A DNA stretch of 53,696 nt. Source: an uncultured archaeon (GTDB lineage Archaea; Altiarchaeota; Altiarchaeia; JAFGQM01). The notes beneath the pieces were generated by a model. That model searched no databases. It saw nothing but the letters and a program-made list of their open reading frames with translations, and was not told the DNA's origin. Shown here piece by piece: positions 34,034 to 44,441 of this stretch. The stretch's first letter is position 1, and each line of letters starts with the position of its first letter. Location of the stretch: positions 1-53,696 of the forward strand of contig CAZUDQ010000008.1 in NCBI GenBank assembly GCA_964619365.1, in the 5' to 3' direction. Made by a program: the position numbers and the translations under genes.

Positions 34034-36862
34034 ATGGAATACGATTTTAAAAAGACCGAGGCAAAGTGGAGGTCTGAGTGGGACAACAAAGAGGCGTTCG
34101 CGTCAGAACCAGATTCCACAAAAAAGAAGTTCTATATCACAGTCGCATACCCTTACCCCTCTGGAGGAATGCATGTCGGACACGCAAGAACTTACACAGT
34201 CCCAGATATCTTTGCAAGATACAAGCGCATGAAAGGCTTTAACGTTCTTTTTCCGATGGCATGGCACGTTACCGGAACCCCAATAGTCGGAGCCGTAAAA
34301 CGCTTAAAAGACGGCGAGGAAAAACAGCTTAAGGTCCTTAAAGAGACTTATGGCATGACGGATGCCGAGCTTTCAAAGATTGATACACCTATGGACTATG
34401 CACGTTATTTTATTGATAACCATTATATCCCTTCAATGCGCTCCATGGGTTATTGCATTGACTGGCGCCGCCAGTTCACAACAAACGACGCGCATTACAA
34501 TAAGTTCATAACATGGCAGTATGAAAGTCTCCACAAAAAGGGTCTTGTGCGCGAAGGAAAGCACCCTGTGCGCTATTGCACCTCATGTAAAAATCCTGTA
34601 ACAACTCACGACCTTCTTGAAGGAGAATCTGCAGAGATGCAGGAATGGACGCTCCTTAAATTCCCGCTTGTTGGAAGTTCAGATTTACTTATCGCAGCAA
34701 CACTTCGCCCAGAGACTATGTATGGGCAGACAAACATGTGGGTAAACCCAGAGCTAAGCTATGTTCGCACAAAAGTAACTACTCCTGGCGGAAAAGAAGA
34801 GAGCTGGATAATAAGTAGGGACTGTGCAGAAAAGCTCCCGTTCCAGGATTATTCTGTTGAGATAACAGGCGAAATAAAAGGTAAGGAACTCTGTGGAAAA
34901 GTATGTGAGGCCCCAGCAATCGGCCGTGAGATACCAATCCTCCCATCAAGCTTTCCTGATCCAAAGGTTGCAACAGGACTTGTCACAAGTGTGCCATCTG
35001 ACGCGCCATACGACTTTATCGCACTAAAAGAACTCAAGGAAAACCCAGAGAGCCTAAAAGACTTTGGAATCGAGCCTGAAACGCTAAACTCAATAGATGT
35101 GATACCTATACTTTCAACAAAGAAGTTTGGAGCTTGCGCAGCAGAAAAGATATGCTCCCAGATGGGAATAAATTCATTATCGCAAAAAGACAAGCTTGAT
35201 ATTGCAACAAAAGAAGTATACAAGGAAGGATTCCACACAGGGGTCATGTCCAAAAATTCTGGCCCTTATGGGGGAAAGCCGGTTACCGTGGCAAAAGAGA
35301 TGATGCGCGAGGACTTCTTAAAAAAAGGGGTAGCAGAGCTAATAAATGATTTTTCTGAACCCGTTGTCTGTCGCTGTGGCGCAAAGGTTCTTGTATCAAA
35401 TGCAGACTCATGGTTCCTTAGGTACTCTGAACCAGAATGGAAAATACTCTCAAAAAACTGCGTAGATGCGCTTAATTGCATACCTGAAACCACGCGCCCA
35501 GAGTATTATCACACAATAGACTGGCTAAACGACTGGCCGTGCATAAGGAATTTTGGTCTTGGAACAAAACTCCCGTTTGATGAGCGTTTTATAATCGAGC
35601 CACTTTCAGATTCAACAGTATACATGGCGTTTTATACGCTTTCTCACATCTTAAAAGACTTGCCGCCAGAGTCCCTAAAGCCTGAACTCTTTGATTACGT
35701 ATTTAATGAAGTTGGCGACCCTAAAACAATCGCAGATTCGTGTGGCCTTTCTGAGGAAACTCTAAAGTCGCTTCGAGAATCTTTCTCCTACTGGTATCCG
35801 CTTGACTGGCGCGGAACCGCATCAGAGCTGATAGGAAACCACCTAACATTTATGATATTCCATCACACGGCTCTTTTCCATAAAGCACAGTGGCCAAAAG
35901 GGATAGTGTGCTTTGGAATGGGTCTTTTAGAGGGCGCCAAAATGTCCTCTTCAAAAGGAAACGTAGTTCTCCTAAAAGAAGCGATTGATAAGTTTGGCGC
36001 TGATGTCGTGCGATTATTCTTGATGAGTAATGCAGAACCTTGGCAGGACTTTGACTGGCGCGAAAAAGAAGTTATAGGTGCCCAAAAAGCCCTCAATAAA
36101 TTTTATAATTTGGCTTCTGAAATCATCTTGAAAAAGGACGCTGGCAGTGAGTCTGCAATCGACGCGTGGCTTCTTTCACGTTGGCAGGAGACAAAAAAAG
36201 AAGTGGGGACTGCTCTTGACTCCTTCCAGACTAGAAAAGCCCTCCAAACTGGCTTCTTTGAAGTATTCAAACTCCTTAATTGGTATGAGCGGCGTGGCGG
36301 TACTAACAATAAACTGCGTCTGGAGATTCTTGACGAGTGGGTGCGCATGATAGCGCCATTTACTCCATACGTTTCAGAAGAAATATGGTCTATGATGGGA
36401 AAGAAAGGCTTTGTACTTGACGCACCCTATCCGGTTTGTGATGATTCATTAATAGACAAGAAAGCAGAAGCCGCAGAAGACATAATAGAATCGCTTCTTG
36501 AGGATATCGCAAAGATAGGAGAAATAACAAAAAAGGCGCCAAGTAAGATATCATTTTATCTACCAGAATCTTGGAAGTACGAACTATTTGAAAAGGTTTC
36601 ACAGGGCGCTCAAATACCCGACTTGATGAAAGATGACAAGTTTAGGGTCCATGGGAAACAGGTCGTAAAACTCTTTCGCAAAGCAAAGGAATTGAATTTC
36701 GATTCTGGGTGGGATGTTTCAGATGACAAAAAGGTTATAGAATCTGCGGTCCCATTTCTTAAATCAGAGCTTTCATGCGAAATCGAAATCGATCCAAAAG
36801 AAGACCCACAGGAAAAGCGCAAGTTCGCAGTTCCAAAGAAAGCTGCGATATTTATCGAGTAA
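34034..36862 (+). CDS. leuS: Leucine--tRNA ligase (archaeal type)
   Basis: YPYPSGGMHVGH, ATLRPET, VTSVPSDAPYD (CP1), IEPLSDSTVY, KMSSSKGN. Confidence 0.96.
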   Translation: MEYDFKKTEAKWRSEWDNKEAFASEPDSTKKKFYITVAYPYPSGGMHVGHARTYTVPDIFARYKRMKGFNVLFPMAWHVTGTPIVGAVKRLKDGEEKQLKVLKETYGMTDAELSKIDTPMDYARYFIDNHYIPSMRSMGYCIDWRRQFTTNDAHYNKFITWQYESLHKKGLVREGKHPVRYCTSCKNPVTTHDLLEGESAEMQEWTLLKFPLVGSSDLLIAATLRPETMYGQTNMWVNPELSYVRTKVTTPGGKEESWIISRDCAEKLPFQDYSVEITGEIKGKELCGKVCEAPAIGREIPILPSSFPDPKVATGLVTSVPSDAPYDFIALKELKENPESLKDFGIEPETLNSIDVIPILSTKKFGACAAEKICSQMGINSLSQKDKLDIATKEVYKEGFHTGVMSKNSGPYGGKPVTVAKEMMREDFLKKGVAELINDFSEPVVCRCGAKVLVSNADSWFLRYSEPEWKILSKNCVDALNCIPETTRPEYYHTIDWLNDWPCIRNFGLGTKLPFDERFIIEPLSDSTVYMAFYTLSHILKDLPPESLKPELFDYVFNEVGDPKTIADSCGLSEETLKSLRESFSYWYPLDWRGTASELIGNHLTFMIFHHTALFHKAQWPKGIVCFGMGLLEGAKMSSSKGNVVLLKEAIDKFGADVVRLFLMSNAEPWQDFDWREKEVIGAQKALNKFYNLASEIILKKDAGSESAIDAWLLSRWQETKKEVGTALDSFQTRKALQTGFFEVFKLLNWYERRGGTNNKLRLEILDEWVRMIAPFTPYVSEEIWSMMGKKGFVLDAPYPVCDDSLIDKKAEAAEDIIESLLEDIAKIGEITKKAPSKISFYLPESWKYELFEKVSQGAQIPDLMKDDKFRVHGKQVVKLFRKAKELNFDSGWDVSDDKKVIESAVPFLKSELSCEIEIDPKEDPQEKRKFAVPKKAAIFIE

Positions 36863-36863
36863 G

Positions 36864-37745
36864 ATGAGAATAGCTTGCCTTGGTGCGGTTCTAATGGACC
36901 AGATAGCACGGGTAGAGCGGTTTCCAGGACTTGATGATGAAGTCTTTGTCTCAGACTTAAAGCTTATGCCCGGGGGGTCTGCCGCAAACACCGCAGTCCT
37001 CTTGTCTCGCTTGGGATTTAATGTATCCTTTTTTAGTAAAGTCGGAAATGATGCTATCGGCGAGTCTTTACTCGCAGATTTTGAAGAAGAAGGCGTTGAT
37101 GCATCAGGCATCGCGCGTTCACATTTTAGTACAGGAACCGTTTTTGTTGCAGTGCGCCCAGATGGGGAGCGAATGATGTTTGCGCATTCCGGAGCATCAA
37201 ATGACATTGACCCCGAGTTCATTGATAATATGCAAACTGGCGAGTGCACACACCTCTTTCTTTCAGGCCTTGAAAACATAGCTGCATTAACGCGCGCGGC
37301 GCGAATTTTTAATGGAAAAGTAATATTAAATCCCGGTGCTCTTGTCGCAGACAAAAAGGAAGGGGCACGTGAACTTTTAAAATATGTCGATATCCTTATC
37401 TGCTCAAAAGAAGAAGCAGAAAAGCTTTCATGCGCGGGTGAACGTGATACTAAGGAACTTGCATCAAAACTTCATGATTTGGGTCCCGGGGCAGTTGTTA
37501 TAACATCCGGGCAAAAGGACAGTTTCGCATCTGAAAAAGACGGCATGACAGCCAAAGAGAAGACTTTTAAAGTTGATGTCGTTGACACGACAGGTGCCGG
37601 CGATGCGTTTTGTGCAGGATTTCTCTCAAAATACCTAAGCGGCGCAGAACTTAAGGATTCAGTTAAATTCGGCAACCTTGTAGCATCAAGGATAATATCA
37701 AATCTTGGTGCAAGAAACGGAATAAAAAAAGGAGAAGACCTTTAA
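36864..37745 (+). CDS. PfkB/ribokinase family kinase
   Basis: PGGSAANTA..LSRLG, VGND..G, VDTTGAGDAF.AGF. Confidence 0.92.
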   Translation: MRIACLGAVLMDQIARVERFPGLDDEVFVSDLKLMPGGSAANTAVLLSRLGFNVSFFSKVGNDAIGESLLADFEEEGVDASGIARSHFSTGTVFVAVRPDGERMMFAHSGASNDIDPEFIDNMQTGECTHLFLSGLENIAALTRAARIFNGKVILNPGALVADKKEGARELLKYVDILICSKEEAEKLSCAGERDTKELASKLHDLGPGAVVITSGQKDSFASEKDGMTAKEKTFKVDVVDTTGAGDAFCAGFLSKYLSGAELKDSVKFGNLVASRIISNLGARNGIKKGEDL

Positions 37746-37746
37746 A

Positions 37747-38409
37747 CTAGTACTTCTTTCCCCTTTGTTTTGATATGTCAAATTCTGCAGTATCAGCAAC
37801 TGCCATTACTGACATAACACCTGCCTGAATGGGGTCAGTTACAATAAGGTCGCAAGCGTCTTTTGCCGAACCTGCCATATTAAGGGAAATTACAACTATT
37901 CCCATGTCGCGAACTTCCTTTACAGCATCTGTTATTTTTCCACCCATCATTGAACCTGCAAGGACTAGAGCCTCCACTCTTGGAAGTCTTCCTGCGGCAC
38001 GGACTGCTTTTTCGAGTTTCTCTTCACTAGTAAGTGCTATTGTATCAATAGATATGTTTTCTCCGCGGATATTATGACGGTCAGCCTCAGATATGGCGCC
38101 TTTTGCCACTTCAGCGACTTGTGCCCCCCCACCAATTACAATTATCCTTTTTCCGTAAATCTCAGTGAATGTGGGAACTGGTTTTACCTTTAAGACATCC
38201 TTTATTACAACAAGGGCGCTTTGAGCTTTCTTTTCATCTATACCCTCAAGCTCGAGATAGATTTTTGCCTTGCCATTGCGTTTCTCACCAGTTTCTATAT
38301 GACTAATATTCGCATTTCCATTAGCAATTACCTGAGTAATCTCAAAAAGAACACCCGGGATGTCCTTTGCTGTTATGTCAAATGCCACGACTGCGCTGTT
38401 TTTTGTCAT
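37747..38409 (-). CDS. ACT-domain protein (COG2150/DUF5612-like)
   Basis: N-terminal ACT (D.PGVL..IT...NI); [32 protein letters not shown]; DPIQAG. Confidence 0.82.
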   Translation of the reverse strand: MTKNSAVVAFDITAKDIPGVLFEITQVIANGNANISHIETGEKRNGKAKIYLELEGIDEKKAQSALVVIKDVLKVKPVPTFTEIYGKRIIVIGGGAQVAEVAKGAISEADRHNIRGENISIDTIALTSEEKLEKAVRAAGRLPRVEALVLAGSMMGGKITDAVKEVRDMGIVVISLNMAGSAKDACDLIVTDPIQAGVMSVMAVADTAEFDISKQRGKKY

Positions 38410-38416
38410 TTTTTGA

Positions 38417-39589
38417 TTATAATCTCGCCTTAAGTGAGTCCCCTGCCGTCTTTAGGTCTTCTTTTGCAATTGTAAGTGCAGGAACCATTCTTATGATATT
38501 TTCGCCAGTCACATTTACTAGTATGTAATCCTCCCTTCGCATATCCTCCATTATCCTCTTTGCAGAATCCGCATCTTTTGCAGGAACACCAATCATAAGT
38601 CCAAGACCGCGCGCGTCATTAAAACCAAGTTCTCTTCTGAAATATTCGCCTAGTTCTCCTGCGCGCTTTGCAAGACCTTCCTTTTTGATTGTGCGAACGG
38701 TTGCAAGAGCACTTGCACATGCAAGTGGATTTCCTCCAAATGTCGAACCGTGGTCACCAGGGTCAATCTCTTCGGCACATTTACCAGTTATTAATGTAAC
38801 TCCCATCGGAAAGCCGTTTGCAACACCTTTTGCAGTACTTATGATATCAGGCGTAAAGCCCATCTGTTCACATGCAAAGTAGGTTCCTGTCCTGCCGTTA
38901 CCGCTTTGGACTTCGTCAGCAACCATCACAACATCATTCTCATTGCAAATCTTCCTAACTTCAGAAAAATATTTTCTTGATTCCTCTAAGTTCTCCCTTG
39001 GGAATATTATGCCACCTTCACCCTGAATAGGTTCAACGAATACTGCTGCGGTGTTGCTTGTTATACTGCCCTGAAGGGATTCTAAATCACCATATACAGC
39101 CACCTTGGTATTTGGTATGAGTGGGCGGAAAGGATCCTGAATCTTCTTTTTGTCAGTTATTGAAAGCGAGCCCATAGTCCTTCCATGAAAGGAGTTTGAC
39201 ATAGTGACAATATCGGTCTTTTTTGTGAATTTGCGCGCGACTTTTATTGCGGCCTCATTGCTCTCTGCCCCAGAGTTACAAAAGAAACATTTAGTCTCAA
39301 CCATAGGTGAAAGCATTGCCATTTCCTTTGCCAGTTCGTCCTGAATGGGGATGTAAAAAAGGTTTGAAACGTGTATAAGTTCTTTTGCCTGTTTTGTGAT
39401 TGCATCCACCTGTGCCGGATGGCAATGCCCAAGGGGGACTGAAGCAATTCCCGCAATCATGTCTAAATATTTATTGCCTGCTATATCCCAGACATAGCTT
39501 CCTTCCCCTTTTACAAGCGCCAGGTCATAGCGTCCGTAACTATTAAGGACAAACTCCTTGTCGAGTTCCTTTATTTCACTAAAATCCAT
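38417..39589 (-). CDS. argD: Acetylornithine aminotransferase
   Basis: [34 protein letters not shown] lysine [14 protein letters not shown]; start set at MDFSEIK. Confidence 0.9.
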   Translation of the reverse strand: MDFSEIKELDKEFVLNSYGRYDLALVKGEGSYVWDIAGNKYLDMIAGIASVPLGHCHPAQVDAITKQAKELIHVSNLFYIPIQDELAKEMAMLSPMVETKCFFCNSGAESNEAAIKVARKFTKKTDIVTMSNSFHGRTMGSLSITDKKKIQDPFRPLIPNTKVAVYGDLESLQGSITSNTAAVFVEPIQGEGGIIFPRENLEESRKYFSEVRKICNENDVVMVADEVQSGNGRTGTYFACEQMGFTPDIISTAKGVANGFPMGVTLITGKCAEEIDPGDHGSTFGGNPLACASALATVRTIKKEGLAKRAGELGEYFRRELGFNDARGLGLMIGVPAKDADSAKRIMEDMRREDYILVNVTGENIIRMVPALTIAKEDLKTAGDSLKARL

Positions 39590-39614
39590 TTCAAATTTCA
39601 AGAATCTTTTTGTT

Positions 39615-40451
39615 TTATTCGGTAACCATAGTCCCGATACCGTTATCTGTAAGGATTTCAAGGAGTATCGCGTGGGATGTGCGCCCGTCAATCATATGCA
39701 CACTCTTTACTCCACCATTGACTGCATCAATTACTCCTTTGACCTTTGGTATCATTCCACCTTCAATCTCGTCCCACTTAAGCTTCTTTTTAAGCTCTTT
39801 TGTTGTTATCTTTGAGATAAGGGTTTTTTCGTCCTTTGCGTCTTCAAGAAGACCGGGAACATCAGTTAAGAATATTAGTTTTTGGGCACCCATCGCCTTT
39901 GCGATTCCTGCCGCAAGCTCGTCAGCGTTGATATTTACCGCAGCTCCATTCTCATCAAGACCTATTGGCTGGATAATCGGAGTGTAATCATCGTCTAAAA
40001 AGTCTTTTATGACCTTTGTGTTAACAGAGTCCATTTTCCCAACATTTCCAAGTTTCTCAACACGCTTTGCAAGAACCATTTTCCCGCTTTTTGCAGTTGT
40101 TCCTATGGATTTGCAGCCAAGACCCTCAAGCTCTTCGACAAGTTCGCCATTGAGCTTGCCAAGTGCCATTCTTACGATGCCAAGCGTGTCATCGTTTGTG
40201 TGGCGCAGACCGTCAACAAATTTCGTCTCCACTCCAAGTTTTTCTGAAAGCCCTGAGATATCTTTGCCGCCACCGTGGATTATGATTATTTGAATGCCAA
40301 CGCATTTTAGGAGTGCTATATCTTCAAGAAGGCTTTTTCGGGCGCTTCTATTATTAAGCATGCTGCCACCTATCTTTATTACAAACGTTTTTCCTGAGAA
40401 CTTTTTTATATATGGTATCGCTTCAATCAGCGTCTCGACAGTGTCCATCAT
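39615..40451 (-). CDS. argB: Acetylglutamate kinase
   Basis: EAIPYI, VIKIGGS, HGGG, GLR.T, NINAD, GGMIPK. Confidence 0.93.
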   Translation of the reverse strand: MMDTVETLIEAIPYIKKFSGKTFVIKIGGSMLNNRSARKSLLEDIALLKCVGIQIIIIHGGGKDISGLSEKLGVETKFVDGLRHTNDDTLGIVRMALGKLNGELVEELEGLGCKSIGTTAKSGKMVLAKRVEKLGNVGKMDSVNTKVIKDFLDDDYTPIIQPIGLDENGAAVNINADELAAGIAKAMGAQKLIFLTDVPGLLEDAKDEKTLISKITTKELKKKLKWDEIEGGMIPKVKGVIDAVNGGVKSVHMIDGRTSHAILLEILTDNGIGTMVTE

Positions 40452-40454
40452 ACC

Positions 40455-41597
40455 TTAGTTATATTCTGCATTGATTTTGACATAATCAAAAGATAAATCC
40501 CCCGACCAGGCAAGAGCGCTTTCTTTACCAAGGCCCAAATCAACAATTATCCTGATTTTCTCAACCTTTTTTATCTCTTCCCCAAGCCCCACTTTATCAA
40601 AGGTTTCAGCCGAACCCGCAAATAAAAGGGTTTTTTCCCCAGCGACATCATACCAAATCCTGAGTTTTTTCTCGTCCATTTCTGCCCCGCAGTATCCGGC
40701 CGCAGCTGCAACTCGCCCCCAATTGGGGTTGTTGCCAAATACCGAAGTCTTGACAAGATATGAGTCGGCAATGGCACGAGCGACAAGGCGCGCATCCTTT
40801 TTTGTATTGGCTCCAGTCACTTCGACTTCAACTAGAGTCGTTACGCCTTCACCGTCGGCAATTAGCATTCCTGCCATTTCCTTGCAAAATATATCTAATG
40901 CGCTTTCAAACTTCTTTTCGCCAGTCTTCTGTTCAGAGGTCGAAACAAGGAGTACTGTATCATTAGTACTCATGTCGTTATCGATTCCCATCATGTTAAA
41001 AGTATTGTCCACAGCGCGCTTTAGGCATCCTTTGGGCATCACGGCATCAGTTGCGATAAAACAAAGCATCGTCGCCATATTCGGGTGAATCATACCAGCA
41101 CCTTTTGCAATCCCTGCAATCTTAAACCCATCAAATTCAAGGCATAGTTCCTTGGCTTTTGTGTCAGTTGTCATTATTGCCTTTGCAGCCTCAAGTGACT
41201 TGTCCCCGAGCTTGCTTACAGCTTCCCCAATCTGTCCTTTGACAAGACTTGTATCAAGGTATTTTCCGATGATACCTGTAGATGCCACAGCGACATTGTC
41301 TGCAGAGAAGTTAAGGAGTTCTGCCACGCGCCATGCCATGCTTTTTGCATCGCGCATACCCTGCTCGCCCGTTGAGCAGTTGGCGTTTCCAGAGTTTGCA
41401 ACAACTGCGCGAATTCCCTTATCAAGAGTTTCCTTTGTAAGTTTGACTGGGGCCGCACAAATCTTGTTTGTTGTAAAGACGCCCTGTGCATTACAAACCT
41501 TGTCAAATACAAGGAGGGCAAGGCCGAACTTGCCTTCTTTTAGACCTGCAGTCTTAAGTCCCTTGATGTTGTCAAGGCCGCCATCCAGAGTTTTCAT
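40455..41597 (-). CDS. argJ: Ornithine acetyltransferase
   Basis: FTTN..CAAPV, NSGNAN, STGIIG, IMTTD, KGAGMIHPNMATML, STND, DGEG, NWGR. Confidence 0.95.
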   Translation of the reverse strand: MKTLDGGLDNIKGLKTAGLKEGKFGLALLVFDKVCNAQGVFTTNKICAAPVKLTKETLDKGIRAVVANSGNANCSTGEQGMRDAKSMAWRVAELLNFSADNVAVASTGIIGKYLDTSLVKGQIGEAVSKLGDKSLEAAKAIMTTDTKAKELCLEFDGFKIAGIAKGAGMIHPNMATMLCFIATDAVMPKGCLKRAVDNTFNMMGIDNDMSTNDTVLLVSTSEQKTGEKKFESALDIFCKEMAGMLIADGEGVTTLVEVEVTGANTKKDARLVARAIADSYLVKTSVFGNNPNWGRVAAAAGYCGAEMDEKKLRIWYDVAGEKTLLFAGSAETFDKVGLGEEIKKVEKIRIIVDLGLGKESALAWSGDLSFDYVKINAEYN

Positions 41598-41734
41598 CGT
41601 TTAATTTAACCGCCCTTATTTGCAAATCCAAGAAAAAAAGCGTCCTTAAGAAGAACTAATGGGCATCAAGCCTTTTTATGCGGTAGCTTCTTATCCTACA
41701 ATCCTTTTTGAAACAATAAAAATTCTAAATAAGG

Positions 41735-41758
41735 TTTTTATACACTTCCCCTCAAATA
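41735..41758 (+). promoter_or_regulatory. rps15 operon promoter
   Basis: TTTTTATAC-N9-CAAATA, same motif and spacing as rRNA and rps12 promoters. Confidence 0.7.
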
Positions 41759-41921
41759 AGCCCACTTTCTCTTTAGGGCAGACGGGTTCTTACTCATGTA
41801 AGTAAGCGACTAACCTGCACCGAGCGCAAGATAAAAGTACCAAATAGGTTCTTGTTTTGAGCATTACGGTGCCTTAAATGATAAAGTTCATGCTCAAAAT
41901 ATAAAATAAAAATTCGACAAA

Positions 41922-42377
41922 ATGGCACGAATGCACGCACGCAAAAAAGGCAAGAGTGGAAGCTCAAAACCGATTAAGTCGGAGTCCGACAAGTGGCTTG
42001 AATACAATAACGAAGAGATAACAAAGTTTATTGTAGAGCTAGCTAAAGACGACAAGGGAGCCTCCCAAATAGGGACAATCCTTCGCGACCAGTATGGAGT
42101 AGCAGACGTAAAAGCAATAACTGGAAAGAAGATAACAACGATTCTTGAGGAAAACAAGCTTGCAGGCGAACTCCCTGAAGGATTCGAAAACCTCCTTAGG
42201 CGAGCGCTTAAGCTAAGAAAACACCTTGAGAAAAATCCGCACGACAATTCAAACAATCGCGGATTCCAGCTCACCGAGTCAAAGATAAAGAGGCAGATAA
42301 AATACTACAAGGGGAAAGGCACTATGGAGCCCGACTTCTACTACAGGGCAGACCAGATTGAGCTCCTTTTAAGGTAA
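41922..42377 (+). CDS. rps15: 30S ribosomal protein uS15
   Basis: MARMHARKKGKSGS, IG.ILRDQYG, HL..N.HD, ESKI.R. Confidence 0.96.
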   Translation: MARMHARKKGKSGSSKPIKSESDKWLEYNNEEITKFIVELAKDDKGASQIGTILRDQYGVADVKAITGKKITTILEENKLAGELPEGFENLLRRALKLRKHLEKNPHDNSNNRGFQLTESKIKRQIKYYKGKGTMEPDFYYRADQIELLLR

Positions 42378-42388
42378 ACCAAGCTTTC

Positions 42389-42538
42389 ATGTCAGGCAAG
42401 ATGATAGAGCGGCTTTCTCTAAAAGTGAAAATCGAAGATGAGGTGACTGAATTTGATTCAGCCCTTATTGACCAGTTCACAAAAGATGTTGACGCATTTC
42501 TTGCCTCAAAAAAAAAGCCAGATAAATCCCTAAAATGA
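42389..42538 (+). CDS. Small hypothetical protein (49 aa, absent from ORF track)
   Basis: MSGKMIERLSLKVKIEDEVTEFDSALIDQFTKDVDAFLASKKKPDKSLK fills the rps15-serS gap; ATGA overlap with serS. Confidence 0.6.
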   Translation: MSGKMIERLSLKVKIEDEVTEFDSALIDQFTKDVDAFLASKKKPDKSLK

Positions 42539-43821
42539 TTGACATAAAACTCATCAGGGAGGACCCAGAAGTGCTCCGGGCAAATATTGCCCGTCGTGGT
42601 GAAGATACAGGCATTGTATTGCGTGCAAAATCGCTTGATGAAGAGTGGCGTGCAGCTCTTCAGGAAGCAGAAGCTTTACGCTCCGAGCGCAACAAGGCAA
42701 CAGCCCAGATATCTGTTGCAAAGCGTGAAGGAAAAGACGCAAGTGATGCAATCGCCTCTATGAAGTCAATCCCTGGGGAGATAAAGGACTGCGAAGAGCG
42801 CGTCGAATCTCTTAAAACAGAGCTTGACGCACTAATGCTTGAAATACCAAACATTCTCCATGAGTCTGTGCCAAGCGGAGAAGGTGAGGAAGGCAATATC
42901 ATACTAAGGGAAATCGGAGAGAAAAAGGAATTTAGCTTTACTCCGCGCGACCACATAGACCTTGGCGAGCTCTGCGACCTAATCGAGCTTGAACGGGCGG
43001 CAAAAGTCTCAGGCGCAAGGTTCTATTACCTTAAAAACGAGCTTGTCGAGCTCGAATTTGCCTTAGTGCAATATGTCCTTTCAATTCTTGTCAAGCGGGG
43101 ATTTACTCTTTTTACGACTCCTGCCCTTATAAAGGAAGAAGTCATGGAGGGCGCAGGCTACCTTCCAACAGGACGTGACTCAATCTACATGATAGAAGGC
43201 GAGAAGCTATGTCTTGTCGGAACAAGCGAGCAGGCCCTAGCCGGTCTTCACATGGACGAGATTCTTGATGCAAACAAGCTCCCCTTAAGATACTGTGGCT
43301 TTTCACCGTGCTTTAGAACGGAAGCAGGGTCACACGGGCGCGACTCAAAAGGAATATTCAGGGTACACCAGTTTGACAAAGTCGAGATGTTCATATTTTC
43401 AGACCCGGAGAAGAGCTGGGAGGAACACGACTTCTTAATTGAAACGGCTGAAGAAATCTGGAAAGGCCTTAAGATACCTTACCGCGTTGTTAACATCTGC
43501 ACAGGAGATATAGGCAATGTCGCGGCAAAAAAATACGACATTGAGGCATGGCTCCCCGGGCAGGGAAAATACCGCGAAGTAGTTTCATGCTCAAACTGCA
43601 CAGACTATCAGGCAAGAAGGCTTAAGATACGCTGTCGCGCAGATACTTCAGAGAAGACTGAATTTGCACACACACTTAATTCAACGGCATGTGCCATATC
43701 GCGCGCGCTTGTTGCAATAATGGAAAACTATCAGGAAGAAGACGGTTCAATCGTGATGCCAGAGGCACTGCGCCCATTCCTCAGGTTTGATAAAATCGAA
43801 GCAAAACCAAAAGTAGAATAA
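42535..43821 (+). CDS. serS: Serine--tRNA ligase (bacterial/eukaryal-type)
   Basis: N-terminal coiled coil, GTSE, FRTEAG..G.D.KGIFRVHQF.KVE, EVVSCSNCTDYQARR, LNST. Confidence 0.96.
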   Translation: MIDIKLIREDPEVLRANIARRGEDTGIVLRAKSLDEEWRAALQEAEALRSERNKATAQISVAKREGKDASDAIASMKSIPGEIKDCEERVESLKTELDALMLEIPNILHESVPSGEGEEGNIILREIGEKKEFSFTPRDHIDLGELCDLIELERAAKVSGARFYYLKNELVELEFALVQYVLSILVKRGFTLFTTPALIKEEVMEGAGYLPTGRDSIYMIEGEKLCLVGTSEQALAGLHMDEILDANKLPLRYCGFSPCFRTEAGSHGRDSKGIFRVHQFDKVEMFIFSDPEKSWEEHDFLIETAEEIWKGLKIPYRVVNICTGDIGNVAAKKYDIEAWLPGQGKYREVVSCSNCTDYQARRLKIRCRADTSEKTEFAHTLNSTACAISRALVAIMENYQEEDGSIVMPEALRPFLRFDKIEAKPKVE

Positions 43822-43837
43822 CTCTAAAACCAATAAA

Positions 43838-44422
43838 ATGGCAAAACCGGCAAAAAAGTCAAAGGCAAAGTCCGTTGACAAATGGAAGCTAAAAAAGAAG
43901 TACGAGGTCATCGCACCCGACATTTTTAATAATGTTATGATTGGCCCCATATTCGCTAAGGACGAGGAGACTCTCCTTGGTCGTACAGTTGAAACGACAA
44001 TGAGCAAGCTTGTGGGCTCAAACCAGCACCACATAAAAGTCATGCTTACAGTAGACGGAACACAGGGCTTTAATGCAAAGACCTCAGTTAAGACAGTCGA
44101 ACTCTCAAGAGCCTACATATCATCACAGACAGGCCCTGGTGGAAACATAGTCGAAAACGTATTTCGTGCAAAGACAAAAGACGAAAAAGACGTTGTGATA
44201 AAAACAGTGATGTTTACCCGCGGAAAGGCAACAACAGAACAGAAAAAAGCCCTCCGTGCACTCTCTGAAGAGATGGTAATCGAAGAATGCGCAAAGTCCG
44301 ATTGCGACAAGCTTATTCAGGAAGTGGTATTCGGAAAAATGGGTTCAGCAATATTCGGCAAGGCTCGAAAAGTCCTGCCAGTTGGCCGTGTAGAAGTAAG
44401 GAAGCTGGAAATAGCTAAATAA
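43838..44422 (+). CDS. rps3ae: 30S ribosomal protein eS1 (S3Ae)
   Basis: DKWK.KK.Y.V.AP..F, GR.VE, ..P...EVRK.E. Confidence 0.9.
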   Translation: MAKPAKKSKAKSVDKWKLKKKYEVIAPDIFNNVMIGPIFAKDEETLLGRTVETTMSKLVGSNQHHIKVMLTVDGTQGFNAKTSVKTVELSRAYISSQTGPGGNIVENVFRAKTKDEKDVVIKTVMFTRGKATTEQKKALRALSEEMVIEECAKSDCDKLIQEVVFGKMGSAIFGKARKVLPVGRVEVRKLEIAK

Positions 44423-44441
44423 AATAAAGGAGATTAATAAG

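Noticed and set aside
39590-39691. N-terminal extension of ArgD (likewise uS10 from 51260)
   Set aside because: Overlaps argB, or a structured spacer for uS10; downstream ATGs match family lengths
23294-41633. Identical 14-mer TTGCAAATCCAAGA upstream of ths (23294) and near argJ (41620)
   Set aside because: A few 14-mer matches are expected by chance in 54 kb, and the orientation relative to the two genes differs
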